A stretch of 63,804 nucleotides of DNA, the filler included, from Candidatus Rokuibacteriota bacterium (GTDB taxonomy: Bacteria > JAUVQV01 > DATDCY01): NCBI GenBank assembly GCA_031406795.1. It is 5 parts of 5 records of this genome, joined end to end, with 100 filler letters (N's around TTAATTAATTAA, not from the genome) between each part and the next. Parts side by side here need not be neighbours in the genome. Positions count along the whole stretch, not along the records: positions 42,441 to 50,049 come from JANOHV010000182.1; positions 50,150 to 61,402 come from JANOHV010000204.1; 3 more parts are not named here. One strand, written 5' to 3'. The notes beneath the pieces are model-generated. The model saw only the letters and a program-made list of their open reading frames with translations. It had not been told where the DNA came from and searched no databases. Below, one piece after another: positions 42,817-52,883 of the stretch; within the stretch, counting starts at the first letter, position 1, and each line of letters opens with the position of its first letter. The position numbers and the translations under genes were made by a program.

Positions 42817-42841
42817 CTATTTTCATCCGAACTGTTTCCGT

Positions 42842-42874
42842 CGAACGCCGAACCGGGCCCCGGTTCGGCGTTCG
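42842..42874 (+). terminator. hairpin, probable intrinsic terminator
   Basis: 15 bp perfect stem CGAACGCCGAACCGG/CCGGTTCGGCGTTCG after the stop. Confidence 0.6.
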
Positions 42875-42987
42875 TTCGTTCAGCCCGCCCCCTTCCGCCT
42901 TGTCTAGTATCGAAACGGGATGCTATAAGGACCCAGGCGGGCGGTTCTGTCAAAGGCGGGAATCTCCGACAGGGGAAATGCGTGGCG

Positions 42988-43929
42988 ATGCATCGGATCA
43001 AAATGGTGTGCGCGGTGGCGGCGGCCATCGTCGCCGGCGCCTACCTCTACGCCCGCATCCTTGACTTCACCGCCGCCTCCGCAAGCGTGATTGACCCGCC
43101 GGTACACCGGATCGCGACCGCCGATGTCCGATTCCCGAGCGGGGACCTCCTGATCGCCGGCACCCTGTACACCCCCTCCCCGCTCGCCGGGACCCACCCG
43201 GCCGTAGTCATCAGCCATGGCGGAACCCGCCGCGGTCGCCGGCTCGCCCTCTTCACCGTAGCCGCCCGCAAGCTCGCCGAGCGCGGCTACATCGTGTTGA
43301 CCGTCGATTTTCGCGGCTTCGGCGACTCGGAGCGGCCGCGCAATTTCGAGGCCGCCGCGGATCTGGATTTCGTCCAGGACGTCGTCGCGGCCGTAGACTA
43401 TCTGGCCACCCTCAAGGGCGTCGACGCCGGCAGAATCAGCGCCGTCGGCCACTCCTTCGGGGCCGGGGTCGCGGTCGCGGCCGCCCTGCGCGACCGGCGC
43501 ATCGACCGGGCGGTTTCCATTTCGCCGGGGCGCAATACGGCCAAGCGCTTTTTCGGGCCGGGCGCCCCCGACCCCGGCTACCCGAGCCGGCGGATGTCCC
43601 GGGACATGGGCGTCGATCCCCCGATCTCCCGCGCGCTCTTCGACCCGCACCTGAAGGCCTATGTCGCCGAGGCGATACTCGACCATCCCGTCCACCCGCC
43701 GATCCTGCTCGTCGACGGCGATAAGGAGGCCCCCGACGACCTGGCGTTCCTCGCGGATGTCGCCGCGCGGATGACCGGGCCGAAGGGCTATGTCACGATT
43801 CCCGGAGCCGACCACTACTTCGGCACCCGCCAGGACCAGGACGGGTCCGCGGCAGCGCCGCCCTACGACGCGCCGGTGATGGACGCCCTCGTGAGCGCGA
43901 TCGACACCTGGCTGAAGAAGAACTTCTAG
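42988..43929 (+). CDS. alpha/beta hydrolase with N-terminal anchor
   Basis: SHGG, DFRGFGDS, GHSFG nucleophile, GADHYF. Confidence 0.85.
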   Translation: MHRIKMVCAVAAAIVAGAYLYARILDFTAASASVIDPPVHRIATADVRFPSGDLLIAGTLYTPSPLAGTHPAVVISHGGTRRGRRLALFTVAARKLAERGYIVLTVDFRGFGDSERPRNFEAAADLDFVQDVVAAVDYLATLKGVDAGRISAVGHSFGAGVAVAAALRDRRIDRAVSISPGRNTAKRFFGPGAPDPGYPSRRMSRDMGVDPPISRALFDPHLKAYVAEAILDHPVHPPILLVDGDKEAPDDLAFLADVAARMTGPKGYVTIPGADHYFGTRQDQDGSAAAPPYDAPVMDALVSAIDTWLKKNF

Positions 43930-43967
43930 TGATTCTTTGACCGTCCACTGAAATACTCGGTGAACGG

Positions 43968-44115
43968 GCAGGCAGCTCAAAAAGGTCCAGGTGCAAGGCG
44001 GGCGAGTCCTGAGGAATGAGGCGTACGACTGTACGCCGCAGTTCTCCCCCCACTCGCTGCGCTCGCAGGGGGCAAGGTGCCCACCGCCGCAGATGGGCCT
44101 TTTTCAGCCGCCTGC
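43968..44115 (+). repeat. structured intergenic repeat, copy C
   Basis: 22 bp imperfect IR; core shared with copy B; internal insert shared with copy A. Confidence 0.85.
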
Positions 44116-45156
44116 GAACAGCCTCGGGAGGTTGCCGAGGATGCTCTGGTACGCCTCGCACGGGGTCCAGCAGTGCGGGCAGCGCCCCTCGCGGATCTCC
44201 CGCCGCACCGCGAGCGTCTCCGGCGCGTTCCAGATGCGCCCGAGATCGTAGCCCTGCTCCCGGATGTTGCCGAGCGGACGGTCCCACATGCTGCAGGGGT
44301 AGACATTGCCCGTCGGGTCCAGATAGCAGGAGTCGTGCAGCGCGTGGCAGGGAAGCGGCGTCTTGCCGGTCCGCACGTAGTCCCCCACGCGCCGCAGGTA
44401 GGCCCACTCCAGCAGCGCGGCCGGATTGAGGTGGAAACCGCGCAGCAGCCGGTAGCGTTCGACTTCTTCGCGCATCGCGTCGCGGTCGAGATCCGTGAGG
44501 CCCTCGTCCTGGTTGCCGTAGAACGACGAGACGTGGACGATGTTCACGTGAAAATCCTCGTAACGCAGCCCGGGCAGCTCGGTCTGCGCGGCGGCGAAGG
44601 CGGCCGGGAACTCCCTCATGTTGAACTGCGAGATTGTCATGCCCAGGGCGGCCTGCACCCCGGGGATCGAGCGCAGCTGTCGGAAGGTCTCGATCTGGCG
44701 CCGCCACCCGCCCTTGACGCCGCGGATGTCGTCGTTGACCCTCTCGTCGCCGTCGGTGCTCACCGTGATGAAGAGCCGCTCGGGGCCGAGCGCCGCGATC
44801 CGCCGCACCCCCGCCACGATCCGGTCCGTGAGGTACCCGTTGGTCGGGAAGTTCAGCAGCAGCAGTCGCGGCGAGGAACGGATGATCGCCTCGGCGATCT
44901 CGACGAAGTCCCTGCGAAGGAAGACCTCGCCCCCGGTGAGGTGGGCCCAGGAGAGGCCGCGGTTTTTCGCGAAGAACTCCCGGATCTCCTCGAGCGAGAG
45001 TTCGTCCGCGGGCTTGAGCCGCCAGATGCCGCAGGTGCGGCAGCGATAGTTGCAGCGGTGCGTGACGGAAAAGAGCAGCTTGTAGGGAAAGCGGGGCCGC
45101 CGCAGGTTCGAAGCGGCGATCGTCCCGGCAAACCGCAGGTAGCGCAGGGGATTCAT
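44104..45156 (-). CDS. radical SAM / SPASM domain protein
   Basis: CNYRCRTC, TGGE; C-terminal C..DPTGNVYPC..CPHCWTPC. Confidence 0.92.
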   Translation of the reverse strand: MNPLRYLRFAGTIAASNLRRPRFPYKLLFSVTHRCNYRCRTCGIWRLKPADELSLEEIREFFAKNRGLSWAHLTGGEVFLRRDFVEIAEAIIRSSPRLLLLNFPTNGYLTDRIVAGVRRIAALGPERLFITVSTDGDERVNDDIRGVKGGWRRQIETFRQLRSIPGVQAALGMTISQFNMREFPAAFAAAQTELPGLRYEDFHVNIVHVSSFYGNQDEGLTDLDRDAMREEVERYRLLRGFHLNPAALLEWAYLRRVGDYVRTGKTPLPCHALHDSCYLDPTGNVYPCSMWDRPLGNIREQGYDLGRIWNAPETLAVRREIREGRCPHCWTPCEAYQSILGNLPRLFAGG

Positions 45157-45196
45157 GGTGCGCGAGATTCGCACAGAAGCGGCGGCGGATCAAGCG

Positions 45197-47779
45197 TCAG
45201 GAGGGGCCGCGCTCCCCGAACGCCTGCCGCAGCTCCTCCAGCCACCACAGCAGCTGCCGCTCCGGGTCGTTCTCGACGCGGACTCCCTCCAGTCGCACCG
45301 GCGCGCTTCCCCGGTTGACAAGGGGGAACTCCAGATCCCACCCCGGCGACGAGGCGGTGACGCGCAGCGGCAGCGAAACCAGCTTCCGGCCCTCGGGCAG
45401 CGGGGCGGACACCGCGGCGAACTCCCGCCGCCCCGAGCCGCCGGTGACCCGGAAATCCAGCTCCCCGGCGCCTCCCGTCCCGCTCACCTCCCAGGTGACG
45501 CGGTAGAACCCGGGGACCAGCTGCTCGAAGGGTCCCGCGATCCGGCTGCCCGGCGGGAGATCCGGCGGCGGCTGATCGGCCGCAGCGCCCTTGACGACAA
45601 AGCGCTCGAGCGCCACCTGCGGCCGAGGGTCGGCGTAGATCCCGAGATCGACGCCTCCCGTCCAGGCCGCGTAACGCTCCGCCGGATCGCCCGTGCGCAG
45701 TCCCGGGAGCGCCGCCTCGACTGCGGCGGCGCCTTCCAGGCCGGCAGGCGCGCCCCCGAGGTGCTTATTGGCAACCGCAAGCCGCGCCGCGGACTTCCAG
45801 CCCGGCTTGTCGCGCTCCCAGGCCTCCAGCTCCCGCCAGCGCTCCATCATCAGCAGGAACCAGCCGCGCTCCTGCGGCGAAACGAGCCAGACGACCACCG
45901 GCACGTCGCTGCGCAGCCGAAGCGTGGAGAAGAGGCCGTTGTACAGGATGTCCGTCCGCCGCAGATCCAGGTCGACGAGGTAATCGCCGCCCTTCTCCAC
46001 CCACAGTGTCCGCCACCGGCCGCGGTGCTGCAATCGCAAGCGGGCCTTGTCCCGGCCCGTCGGACGCGCGGGATAGTGTGCATAGAGCAGCCACGAAGAC
46101 GCACCCGGCTCCTGGCGGATGTGCCGCGCGAGCGGTTCTCCCGGGACGAGGACCATCAGCGCGGACGACCGGCTCAGGGTCAGGTTGCCCGGGAAGAGCA
46201 GTTCTTTGCGCCCTGCTGCAACCCGCCGCGGCGGCGGAAAGAGCTCCACGTCCCGCTCCACCCCGTCGCTCCAGCGGATGCGCTGGGGGCGGTTCCGGAT
46301 GTGGTTCAAGCTCGGGTTGCGCCGCTCGAGGTCGAAATTCGCCACGAGCGTCTTCATCCCCGCGGCCTCCTGCGCCCGCTCCGCCCGGGCCGCCGCGGAG
46401 AAATCCTCGAAGTCGATGCCGAACAGCCGCGGGTATATCTCCTTCCGGGCGTCATGCCGGGAACCGGGCATGAATCTCCCCGGCGCGGCGCTGTCGGCAA
46501 GCCAGCCTTTCGCAAGCCCGTACGTGCTCGGCAGCGTGAAGACGGCGGTGTCGGAGACCGCGGCGAGCAGCGCCCAGCCACCCAGCAGCCCGACCACCGC
46601 GACCCGGAGCCAGGGCTTGCCGAGCGCGCGGATCGCCGCGACGAATGCGAAGCCGATGACCCACGCCAGCGGCGAGAGGACGCAGAGGTAGTGGTAGGGG
46701 ACCGCGTTGGGGTGGCCAAGGGCGGCGACGGGGATGAGGACGAGCGGGTAGAGCCAGAGGAAGCTCTCGCGCAAGCGCAGGCGGGAGACGAACACCCCGA
46801 GCGAGACGAGCGTGAGCCAGCCGGGCAGCGGCTCGAAGAACCGCAGGAGATTGTTGAAGTGGCTGTACCAGAGGCTCAGGGCGAACGCGGTGCGCCGCCC
46901 CGTGTACTCCTCGGGAATCCTGAACGTCTCGAAGACGCCCATCATCTCCTTGAGCGCCGTCACCGCGGCCTTCGGCGCGAGGATCAGCGTGGGGGTCGCC
47001 AGAACGAAGGCCGTCGCGAACGCCGCGAAGACGGCGAGCGGGCCGGCGAGCCGCCGGGGAGCGAGGGCGCTGCGCCACCCCTGCTGATCGCGCAGCCGCA
47101 GCTCGAGGAAGACCAGGCCGGGGGCGAGCAGCGTCAGCAGTCCGTTGTACTTCGTCGCGGCCGCCAGCCCGGCGCAGGCGCCGGCGGCGAGCCAGTCGCG
47201 CAGCCGCTCGCCATCGCGCAGCCGGGCACAGAAGTAGAACACCCCGAACATGAAGAGGCTGCTCGGCAGGTCCGCGCCGATGATGTGGCTCGTCTGGATG
47301 CGCAGCGACGAGACCGCGAGCACGCCGGCGGCGGCGAGCCCGACCCAGGGGTCGAAGATCCTCCGACCGATGACGAAGGCGAGGCCGAGGACGACGAGCT
47401 CGTAGACGCAGTTGAGCATCAGGCCGAACCGCCGCAGGTAGCTGCTGCGCGAGGGCCAGTCGTCGAGCGCCACCAGCGGCGGCGGGGTGTCCGGGGCGAC
47501 GTGCTTCAGGACCTGTTCGTAACCCTTGTAGGCCCACTCGAGAAGGTGCATCGCGAAGTAGGGGTAGCCCGCGTCGTCCACGCCCGAGCGGCTGAGGATC
47601 TGGAGGTAGTCCCCCTGGATGAATTCGAGGGCTGCCCGGACCTGCTTGCGATCGTCCGGGTGTACGGTGTCGTAGTCGAGCTGCCATGAGCGCAGGTAGA
47701 GCGCCGCCCCAACGACGACCGCGAGCAGAACGAATACCAGAAGGGGAGTCCCGCGGGATCCTTTGCCGGATGAACGCAT
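45197..47779 (-). CDS. GT-C (ArnT/PMT-like) membrane glycosyltransferase with large periplasmic C-terminus
   Basis: HPDD motif after the first TM, GLAAATKY, multiple TMs. Confidence 0.8.
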   Translation of the reverse strand: MRSSGKGSRGTPLLVFVLLAVVVGAALYLRSWQLDYDTVHPDDRKQVRAALEFIQGDYLQILSRSGVDDAGYPYFAMHLLEWAYKGYEQVLKHVAPDTPPPLVALDDWPSRSSYLRRFGLMLNCVYELVVLGLAFVIGRRIFDPWVGLAAAGVLAVSSLRIQTSHIIGADLPSSLFMFGVFYFCARLRDGERLRDWLAAGACAGLAAATKYNGLLTLLAPGLVFLELRLRDQQGWRSALAPRRLAGPLAVFAAFATAFVLATPTLILAPKAAVTALKEMMGVFETFRIPEEYTGRRTAFALSLWYSHFNNLLRFFEPLPGWLTLVSLGVFVSRLRLRESFLWLYPLVLIPVAALGHPNAVPYHYLCVLSPLAWVIGFAFVAAIRALGKPWLRVAVVGLLGGWALLAAVSDTAVFTLPSTYGLAKGWLADSAAPGRFMPGSRHDARKEIYPRLFGIDFEDFSAAARAERAQEAAGMKTLVANFDLERRNPSLNHIRNRPQRIRWSDGVERDVELFPPPRRVAAGRKELLFPGNLTLSRSSALMVLVPGEPLARHIRQEPGASSWLLYAHYPARPTGRDKARLRLQHRGRWRTLWVEKGGDYLVDLDLRRTDILYNGLFSTLRLRSDVPVVVWLVSPQERGWFLLMMERWRELEAWERDKPGWKSAARLAVANKHLGGAPAGLEGAAAVEAALPGLRTGDPAERYAAWTGGVDLGIYADPRPQVALERFVVKGAAADQPPPDLPPGSRIAGPFEQLVPGFYRVTWEVSGTGGAGELDFRVTGGSGRREFAAVSAPLPEGRKLVSLPLRVTASSPGWDLEFPLVNRGSAPVRLEGVRVENDPERQLLWWLEELRQAFGERGPS

Positions 47780-47903
47780 TGTCGGGATTCTATAGCAGAT
47801 CACCCTTCGACAGTTCAAGCCGCCCGCGGACCCGGGCCTTGTGCCCTGCACACGCATCCCCCATAATCCCCGTTCGAATCAACCCGGGGAGTCAGCTGCA
47901 GCG

Positions 47904-48644
47904 ATGAAGCTCTCGATCGTGATGCCGGCCTACAACGAGGCGAACACGTTGCGGGAGATTGTCTCGCGCGTCCTCGCCGTCGACTTGCCGGGCATCGAGA
48001 AGGAACTGCTGATCATCGACGACGGCTCGACGGACGGGACGCGCGAGGTGCTGCTCGAACTTGACGGCAAGAATGGCGTGCGCGCGCTCTTCCACCCCCG
48101 CAACATCGGCAAGGGCGCCGCCGTCTGGACCGGCATGCGCGCCTCGACGGGGGACATCGTGCTGATTCAGGACGCGGACCTCGAGTACGACCCGCGCGAA
48201 TACCCGGTCCTGCTGCGGCCGATCCTCGAGGGGGAGGCGGACGTCGTGTACGGCTCGCGCTTTCTCGGCACGAGTGCGGGACACCGGGTGCTCTACTACT
48301 GGCACTCGGTCGGCAACTGGCTGCTGACGTTGATGTCGAACGTTCTCACGAACATCAACCTGACGGACATGGAGACCTGCTACAAGGCGATGACTCGCGA
48401 GGTCGTCGACCGCCTCGACATCAGGTCCAGGAGGTTCGGGATCGAACCGGAAATCACCTGCAAGGTGGCGCGGATGCACGCGCGGATCTTCGAGGTGCCG
48501 ATCAGCTACCACGGCCGCACCTACGAGGAAGGAAAGAAGATCGGCTTGAAGGACGCCTTCCAGGCCGCCTGGACGATCCTGCGCTTCTGCCGCTGGAAAG
48601 GCCCGCGCGGGGACCTCGGAGCGATCACCCTGCGCCGGGATTAG
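47904..48644 (+). CDS. GT2 polyprenol-phosphate glycosyltransferase (DPM1-like)
   Basis: SIVMPAYNE, DDGSTDGT, GKGAA, QDADLEYDP, TDMETCYK. Confidence 0.9.
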   Translation: MKLSIVMPAYNEANTLREIVSRVLAVDLPGIEKELLIIDDGSTDGTREVLLELDGKNGVRALFHPRNIGKGAAVWTGMRASTGDIVLIQDADLEYDPREYPVLLRPILEGEADVVYGSRFLGTSAGHRVLYYWHSVGNWLLTLMSNVLTNINLTDMETCYKAMTREVVDRLDIRSRRFGIEPEITCKVARMHARIFEVPISYHGRTYEEGKKIGLKDAFQAAWTILRFCRWKGPRGDLGAITLRRD

Positions 48645-48665
48645 CGGGCCGCGGGCCGGGCCGCA

Positions 48666-50048
48666 CTACCGGAGCGGTTCACCCGCCCAGACGCCCGGCC
48701 GATAAGATACCAGCACCCGGTCGAAGGAAACCTTCGCGCCGCCGATCGTCTCCGCCGTGAACTCGAGAAACTGCTCCTGTTCCAGCGCGATCTCGGGCAG
48801 CGCGATGTCGGCAAACGCGCCGGTCGCGCCCAGCTCGAAGGCATCCGCGCGCTTCTCCGCCAGCACCGTGCGCCCGCGGTCCGCCGTGACCCGCAGGATG
48901 GCGACCGTCCCGGCGGCCGGCGGCGCGGCCCCCAGCCTGAAGGAGACCCGCAGCGCCCCCGGCTGATAGCGCAGATTGGGGCCCATGATCGCGATGCCGG
49001 GCGCCGCGGCCTCCCAGACCTCGCCGTTCGAAGCGCCCTCCTCGCGCACCAGCCGCCCGGTGCGGTGTCCGAGATATTCCGCCTCGAAGCGGTGCTCGAG
49101 CGCCGGGGGCACGAAGCCGAGCAGGCGCCAGGAGCCGGGGGGCAGCGGCCCCGGCACGGCGAGTTCCACGCTCCGGCCGGCGGGCACGGAGCGCGCGGTC
49201 GCCGCCGGGAGGACTACGTCGCTGCCGCCGCCGACGGGATGGAGCAGCAGCGCCCCGTCGATGTCCCTCGCGCGCCTGGGGTCGTTGTTCCTAACGGTGA
49301 TGGTGGCGGCCGCCTCGCCCGCGGCCGGCCCCGCCCGCGGGTGCGCCCCGGCGACGGCGTCGACCGACGGCTCGACCAGGCTGTAGAGGTAGTAGTGGTC
49401 CTTCTTGACGGCGATCGCGCGCACGACCCGCGCGCTGTTCATTTCGGCGGGGTAGCGGCGATACCAGAAGTCGACTTCCCGGTTTCGCCCGCCCATGAAC
49501 AGGTGCGTGAGCGGGAACCGGGCGAAGGTGTCGTTGCCGTTGAAGAACCGCTCGTGCGCGTGCAGCGCGCGGTTGCGGTTCTCGAGAGAGATCGTCGTGG
49601 CGCCGAGTCCGGCGACGTAGGCGTCCGGGATGGCGGCGCCGAACTCCCGCGACGTGTCGCGGATCACGTGGCGCCGGGTCGCCGCCCATTGCTGCCAGTT
49701 CCGGGCGTCGATGCCGAGGCTCAGCGCGGCCGGCAGGACGATACAGGCGATAAGGGCGGCCCCGGGGGGGATCGGGATCGTGCGCCCGCGAAGATGCCTC
49801 GCCAGTGCGGCGGCAAGCCCGAGCAGCACGAGGGAGCCCAGGACGGCGCCGATTGCCAGGGGGCCGGGGGAGAGCCGCGGAGGGGTGCGGCCGATCCAGG
49901 AACCCGCGAGAGCCAGCTTCTGCGGCAACCCGTAGTAGATGCTCACCGCGAGCCAGGGGAAGAGCAGCGCGAGGGCCGGCAGGCCGAGCCGCTCGGGGAG
50001 CCGCAGGCCGGTGCGGCGCCCGAGCAGCACCATCGCCCGTGCCGCCAT
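48666..50048 (-). CDS. membrane protein with periplasmic beta-sandwich C-terminus (probable GT-C), 5'-partial
   Basis: TMs then a soluble domain; organisation resembles 45197-47779; cut by the linker. Confidence 0.55.
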   Translation of the reverse strand: MAARAMVLLGRRTGLRLPERLGLPALALLFPWLAVSIYYGLPQKLALAGSWIGRTPPRLSPGPLAIGAVLGSLVLLGLAAALARHLRGRTIPIPPGAALIACIVLPAALSLGIDARNWQQWAATRRHVIRDTSREFGAAIPDAYVAGLGATTISLENRNRALHAHERFFNGNDTFARFPLTHLFMGGRNREVDFWYRRYPAEMNSARVVRAIAVKKDHYYLYSLVEPSVDAVAGAHPRAGPAAGEAAATITVRNNDPRRARDIDGALLLHPVGGGSDVVLPAATARSVPAGRSVELAVPGPLPPGSWRLLGFVPPALEHRFEAEYLGHRTGRLVREEGASNGEVWEAAAPGIAIMGPNLRYQPGALRVSFRLGAAPPAAGTVAILRVTADRGRTVLAEKRADAFELGATGAFADIALPEIALEQEQFLEFTAETIGGAKVSFDRVLVSYRPGVWAGEPLR

Positions 50049-50049
50049 G

Positions 50050-50149
50050 NNNNNNNNNNNNNNNNNNNNNNNNNNNNNNNNNNNNNNNNNNNNTTAATTA
50101 ATTAANNNNNNNNNNNNNNNNNNNNNNNNNNNNNNNNNNNNNNNNNNNN
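50050..50149. other. artificial contig linker
   Basis: N-run with TTAATTAATTAA. Confidence 0.98.
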
Positions 50150-50150
50150 G

Positions 50151-51863
50151 CTCTACGAGAACGGGCTCATCACCTACATGCGCACCGACAGCGTGAAACT
50201 CTCGACGCAGGCCGTGGCGGCCGCGCGCGCGCTGGTGGCCGAGCGCTACGGCGCGGAGTACCTGCCGAAGACCGCCCGCGTCTGGGAGGGCAAGTCGCGC
50301 AACGCCCAGGAAGCGCACGAGGCGATCCGGCCGGCCGGGGAGGTCTTCCGCACCCCGGAGGAGATCGAGGGCGAGGTCGGCGGCGCCGACGCGCGGCTCT
50401 ACGACCTGATCTGGAAGCGGACGGTCGCCTCGCAGATGCTCGACGCGCGCCACAAGAGCATGACGGCGACGTTCGACTGCGCCCTGGCGGGCGGCGGCCA
50501 GGCCGAACTGGTGGCGCGCGGCCGCGTGGTGCTCTTCGACGGCTTCCTGCGGGCGTATGTCGAAGGCGCGGACGAGCCCGAGGCAAACGGCGAGAGCGCC
50601 TCCCGGGAGCAGCGCGACGAGAAAGACGTGGTCCTCCCGCCGCTGCGCGCCGGCCTGGAGGCTCTGGTCGCCGAGGCCCGGCCGAGCGCGCACCAGACCA
50701 AGCCGCCGGCGCGCTACACCGAGGCGGGCATCGTGCAGAAGCTCGAGGAACTCGGCATCGGCCGCCCGTCGACCTACGCCAGCATCATCGGGACGATCGT
50801 CGACCGCGAGTACGCGGTGAAGCGCGGCAGCGCGCTCGTGCCGACCCCGCTCGCCTTCGCCGTCGTGCAGCTGATGCTCGAGCTCGAGCCGACCCTGGTC
50901 GATTACTCGTTCACGGCCGAGATGGAAGCCAAGCTCGACGCGATCGCGCTCGGCGAGCTCGAGCGCACGGCCTTTCTGGACAATTTCTACCGCGGCACCC
51001 AGCCGGGCCTGCACGCGATCGTCACCGGCCGCGCGACGCAAATCGACCCGAAGCGCGTCGGCACGATCCCGATCGGCGAGAGCGACGGCCAGCAGATCTC
51101 GCTGCGCGTGGGACGCTTCGGCCCGTACATCGAACGCGGCGAGGCGCGCGCCAGCGTGCCCGAAGGGCTTGCGCCCGATGAGATTACCGTCGAAAAGGCG
51201 CTCGAACTGCTGGCCGCGGCGAGCCAGGCCGAGGAGCCGATCGGCCACGCCGCCGACGGCACGCCGGTCTTCATGCGCACGGGCCGGTTCGGACCCTATG
51301 TGCAGCTCGGCGTGGACTCGGAGGACAAGAAGGTCAAACCGAAGCGCGCGTCGATCTTCAAGTCGATGGACCCGCGGCGCCTGACCGTGGAGCAGGCGCT
51401 GCTCCTGCTCTCGCTGCCGCGCACGCTGGGTGCTGCGGACGACGGCGGCACGGTGGTCGCGCGACCCGGCCGGTTCGGGCCCTACCTCGAGAAGACGACC
51501 GCCGGCAGCGAGAAGCCCGAGACCCGCAGCCTGAAGAGCGAAGAGCAACTGCTGACGATCACGCTCGCGGAGGCGCTGGCGCTATTCGCGATCCCCAAGC
51601 GCGGCCGGGGACGGGGGGCTGCCGCCGCGCCGCTCCGGGAGATGGGCGTCGATCCGGTGAGCGCGGCGCCTATCGTGCTCAAGGACGGCAACTACGGCCC
51701 CTACGTCACCGACGGCACGACCAACGCCTCGCTGCCCAAGGGCGCGAAGATCGAGGACTTGACGCTGGTCGAGGCGGCGCGCCTGCTCGCCAATCGGCGG
51801 GAGGCGGGGCCGGTCAAGAAAAGGAAGAGCGTCCGCAAGCCCGCCGCGCGTAAAAAGAAGTAG
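50151..51863 (+). CDS. topA: DNA topoisomerase I, 5'-partial
   Basis: LYENGLITYMRTD, AQEAHEAIRP, GIGRPSTYA; C-terminal GRFGPY repeats; basic tail. Confidence 0.95.
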   Translation, partial: LYENGLITYMRTDSVKLSTQAVAAARALVAERYGAEYLPKTARVWEGKSRNAQEAHEAIRPAGEVFRTPEEIEGEVGGADARLYDLIWKRTVASQMLDARHKSMTATFDCALAGGGQAELVARGRVVLFDGFLRAYVEGADEPEANGESASREQRDEKDVVLPPLRAGLEALVAEARPSAHQTKPPARYTEAGIVQKLEELGIGRPSTYASIIGTIVDREYAVKRGSALVPTPLAFAVVQLMLELEPTLVDYSFTAEMEAKLDAIALGELERTAFLDNFYRGTQPGLHAIVTGRATQIDPKRVGTIPIGESDGQQISLRVGRFGPYIERGEARASVPEGLAPDEITVEKALELLAAASQAEEPIGHAADGTPVFMRTGRFGPYVQLGVDSEDKKVKPKRASIFKSMDPRRLTVEQALLLLSLPRTLGAADDGGTVVARPGRFGPYLEKTTAGSEKPETRSLKSEEQLLTITLAEALALFAIPKRGRGRGAAAAPLREMGVDPVSAAPIVLKDGNYGPYVTDGTTNASLPKGAKIEDLTLVEAARLLANRREAGPVKKRKSVRKPAARKKK

Positions 51864-52027
51864 GGCGCAGCAGGAGGAGCGGGGCGAAGCGTTCCCGTGC
51901 GGACTGCGGGGTCCTGACGGTGCGGACGTCCGCCGTGTTTATGCCCCCCGAGCGGGCACTCGCTACGCTGCGCCGACGGAGACCTCCCCTCCGCGCCACC
52001 CCTTCGTCCAGCAGAGGTTGATTCGAC

Positions 52028-52350
52028 CTACAATGTCACCAGTTCCAGTCTCTCTTTCCATTTCCGGTAGTCCGGGACGAACCGCGCCAACAGACCGTAG
52101 AACTCCATGCCGTGGTGGGGAAACTTGAGATGGCAGAGTTCGTGGAACAGCACATAGTCGATGCACGGAACGGAAGCCTTGGCGAGTTCGGTGTTCAGGA
52201 CAATCGTCCCCTTCCTGCTGCAACTGCCCCAGCGCTTTTCCATCTTCTGAAAACGCACGACCGGGCTTGGAGTGCCGGTCCTTTGCATTTGTGCGAGACA
52301 TTTCTCCAAACGTCCCGCGATCACCTTTCGCCCGTGCACTTTGAACCAGA
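52028..52350 (-). pseudogene. C-terminal fragment of a YgjP/M48-like metallopeptidase (DUF45)
   Basis: KRWGSCS...IDYVLFHELCHL...H...FY; N-terminus missing. Confidence 0.75.
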
Positions 52351-52659
52351 TTCAGCCCTTCCAATGTTCTCGCGCCGAGGAGAACGAGATCACCCTTTTC
52401 CGCGAAAGCAACCTCATCAATCGTGAAATATTTATCCACGTGAACGATCGCGAAGCCGATGTTACGGGTCACTATCATATCGTTTGCCATCATGAACAAA
52501 CTATCCTTCTTCTCACGCTTCACCCCGATCTTCTCCCAGGATATTTTCCGGAAGCCAGGTATGTTCACTGCCGGTATCGACGAGAAGCTTGGCGATACGA
52601 ACCGACTACTTCCTGTCCGTATGGTTCTCAATCATGACCCCGACGTGAAACGTGCCCAT
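52340..52659 (-). pseudogene. clan AA aspartyl protease pseudogene
   Basis: AGGAG SD then MGTFHV..RK*SVRIAKLLVDTGSEHTW; in-frame TAG, +1 frameshift near 52535, LLGARTLEGLNL, truncated end. Confidence 0.8.
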
Positions 52660-52874
52660 GCCCGTCTCCTTTCGCTAACAGCAATTTCGCTGATCCTTCG
52701 ATCGCGAGCCTCTCCGATCTTCCTGGCAGTATCCAACGGGAAGAGATACCCCCCGCATGCGTCGCACTCATAGTACTCGACATCATGGACCACAAGGATA
52801 CCGAATGGCTCTTCCTCCAACCGCAGCGTGCCCTTCCGAGCCCGGTACGTTTCCTTGCAGACATGGCACCTCAT
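52632..52874 (-). CDS. YgiT/MqsA-type zinc-finger protein
   Basis: MRCHVC...YYECDACG; possibly a truncated antitoxin. Confidence 0.7.
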   Translation of the reverse strand: MRCHVCKETYRARKGTLRLEEEPFGILVVHDVEYYECDACGGYLFPLDTARKIGEARDRRISEIAVSERRRAWARFTSGS

Positions 52875-52883
52875 CGCGGCGCC

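Noticed and set aside
50900-51863. GRFGPY repeats in the TopA C-terminus as a novelty
   Set aside because: These are the known Toprim C-terminal repeats that replace zinc ribbons in many bacteria.
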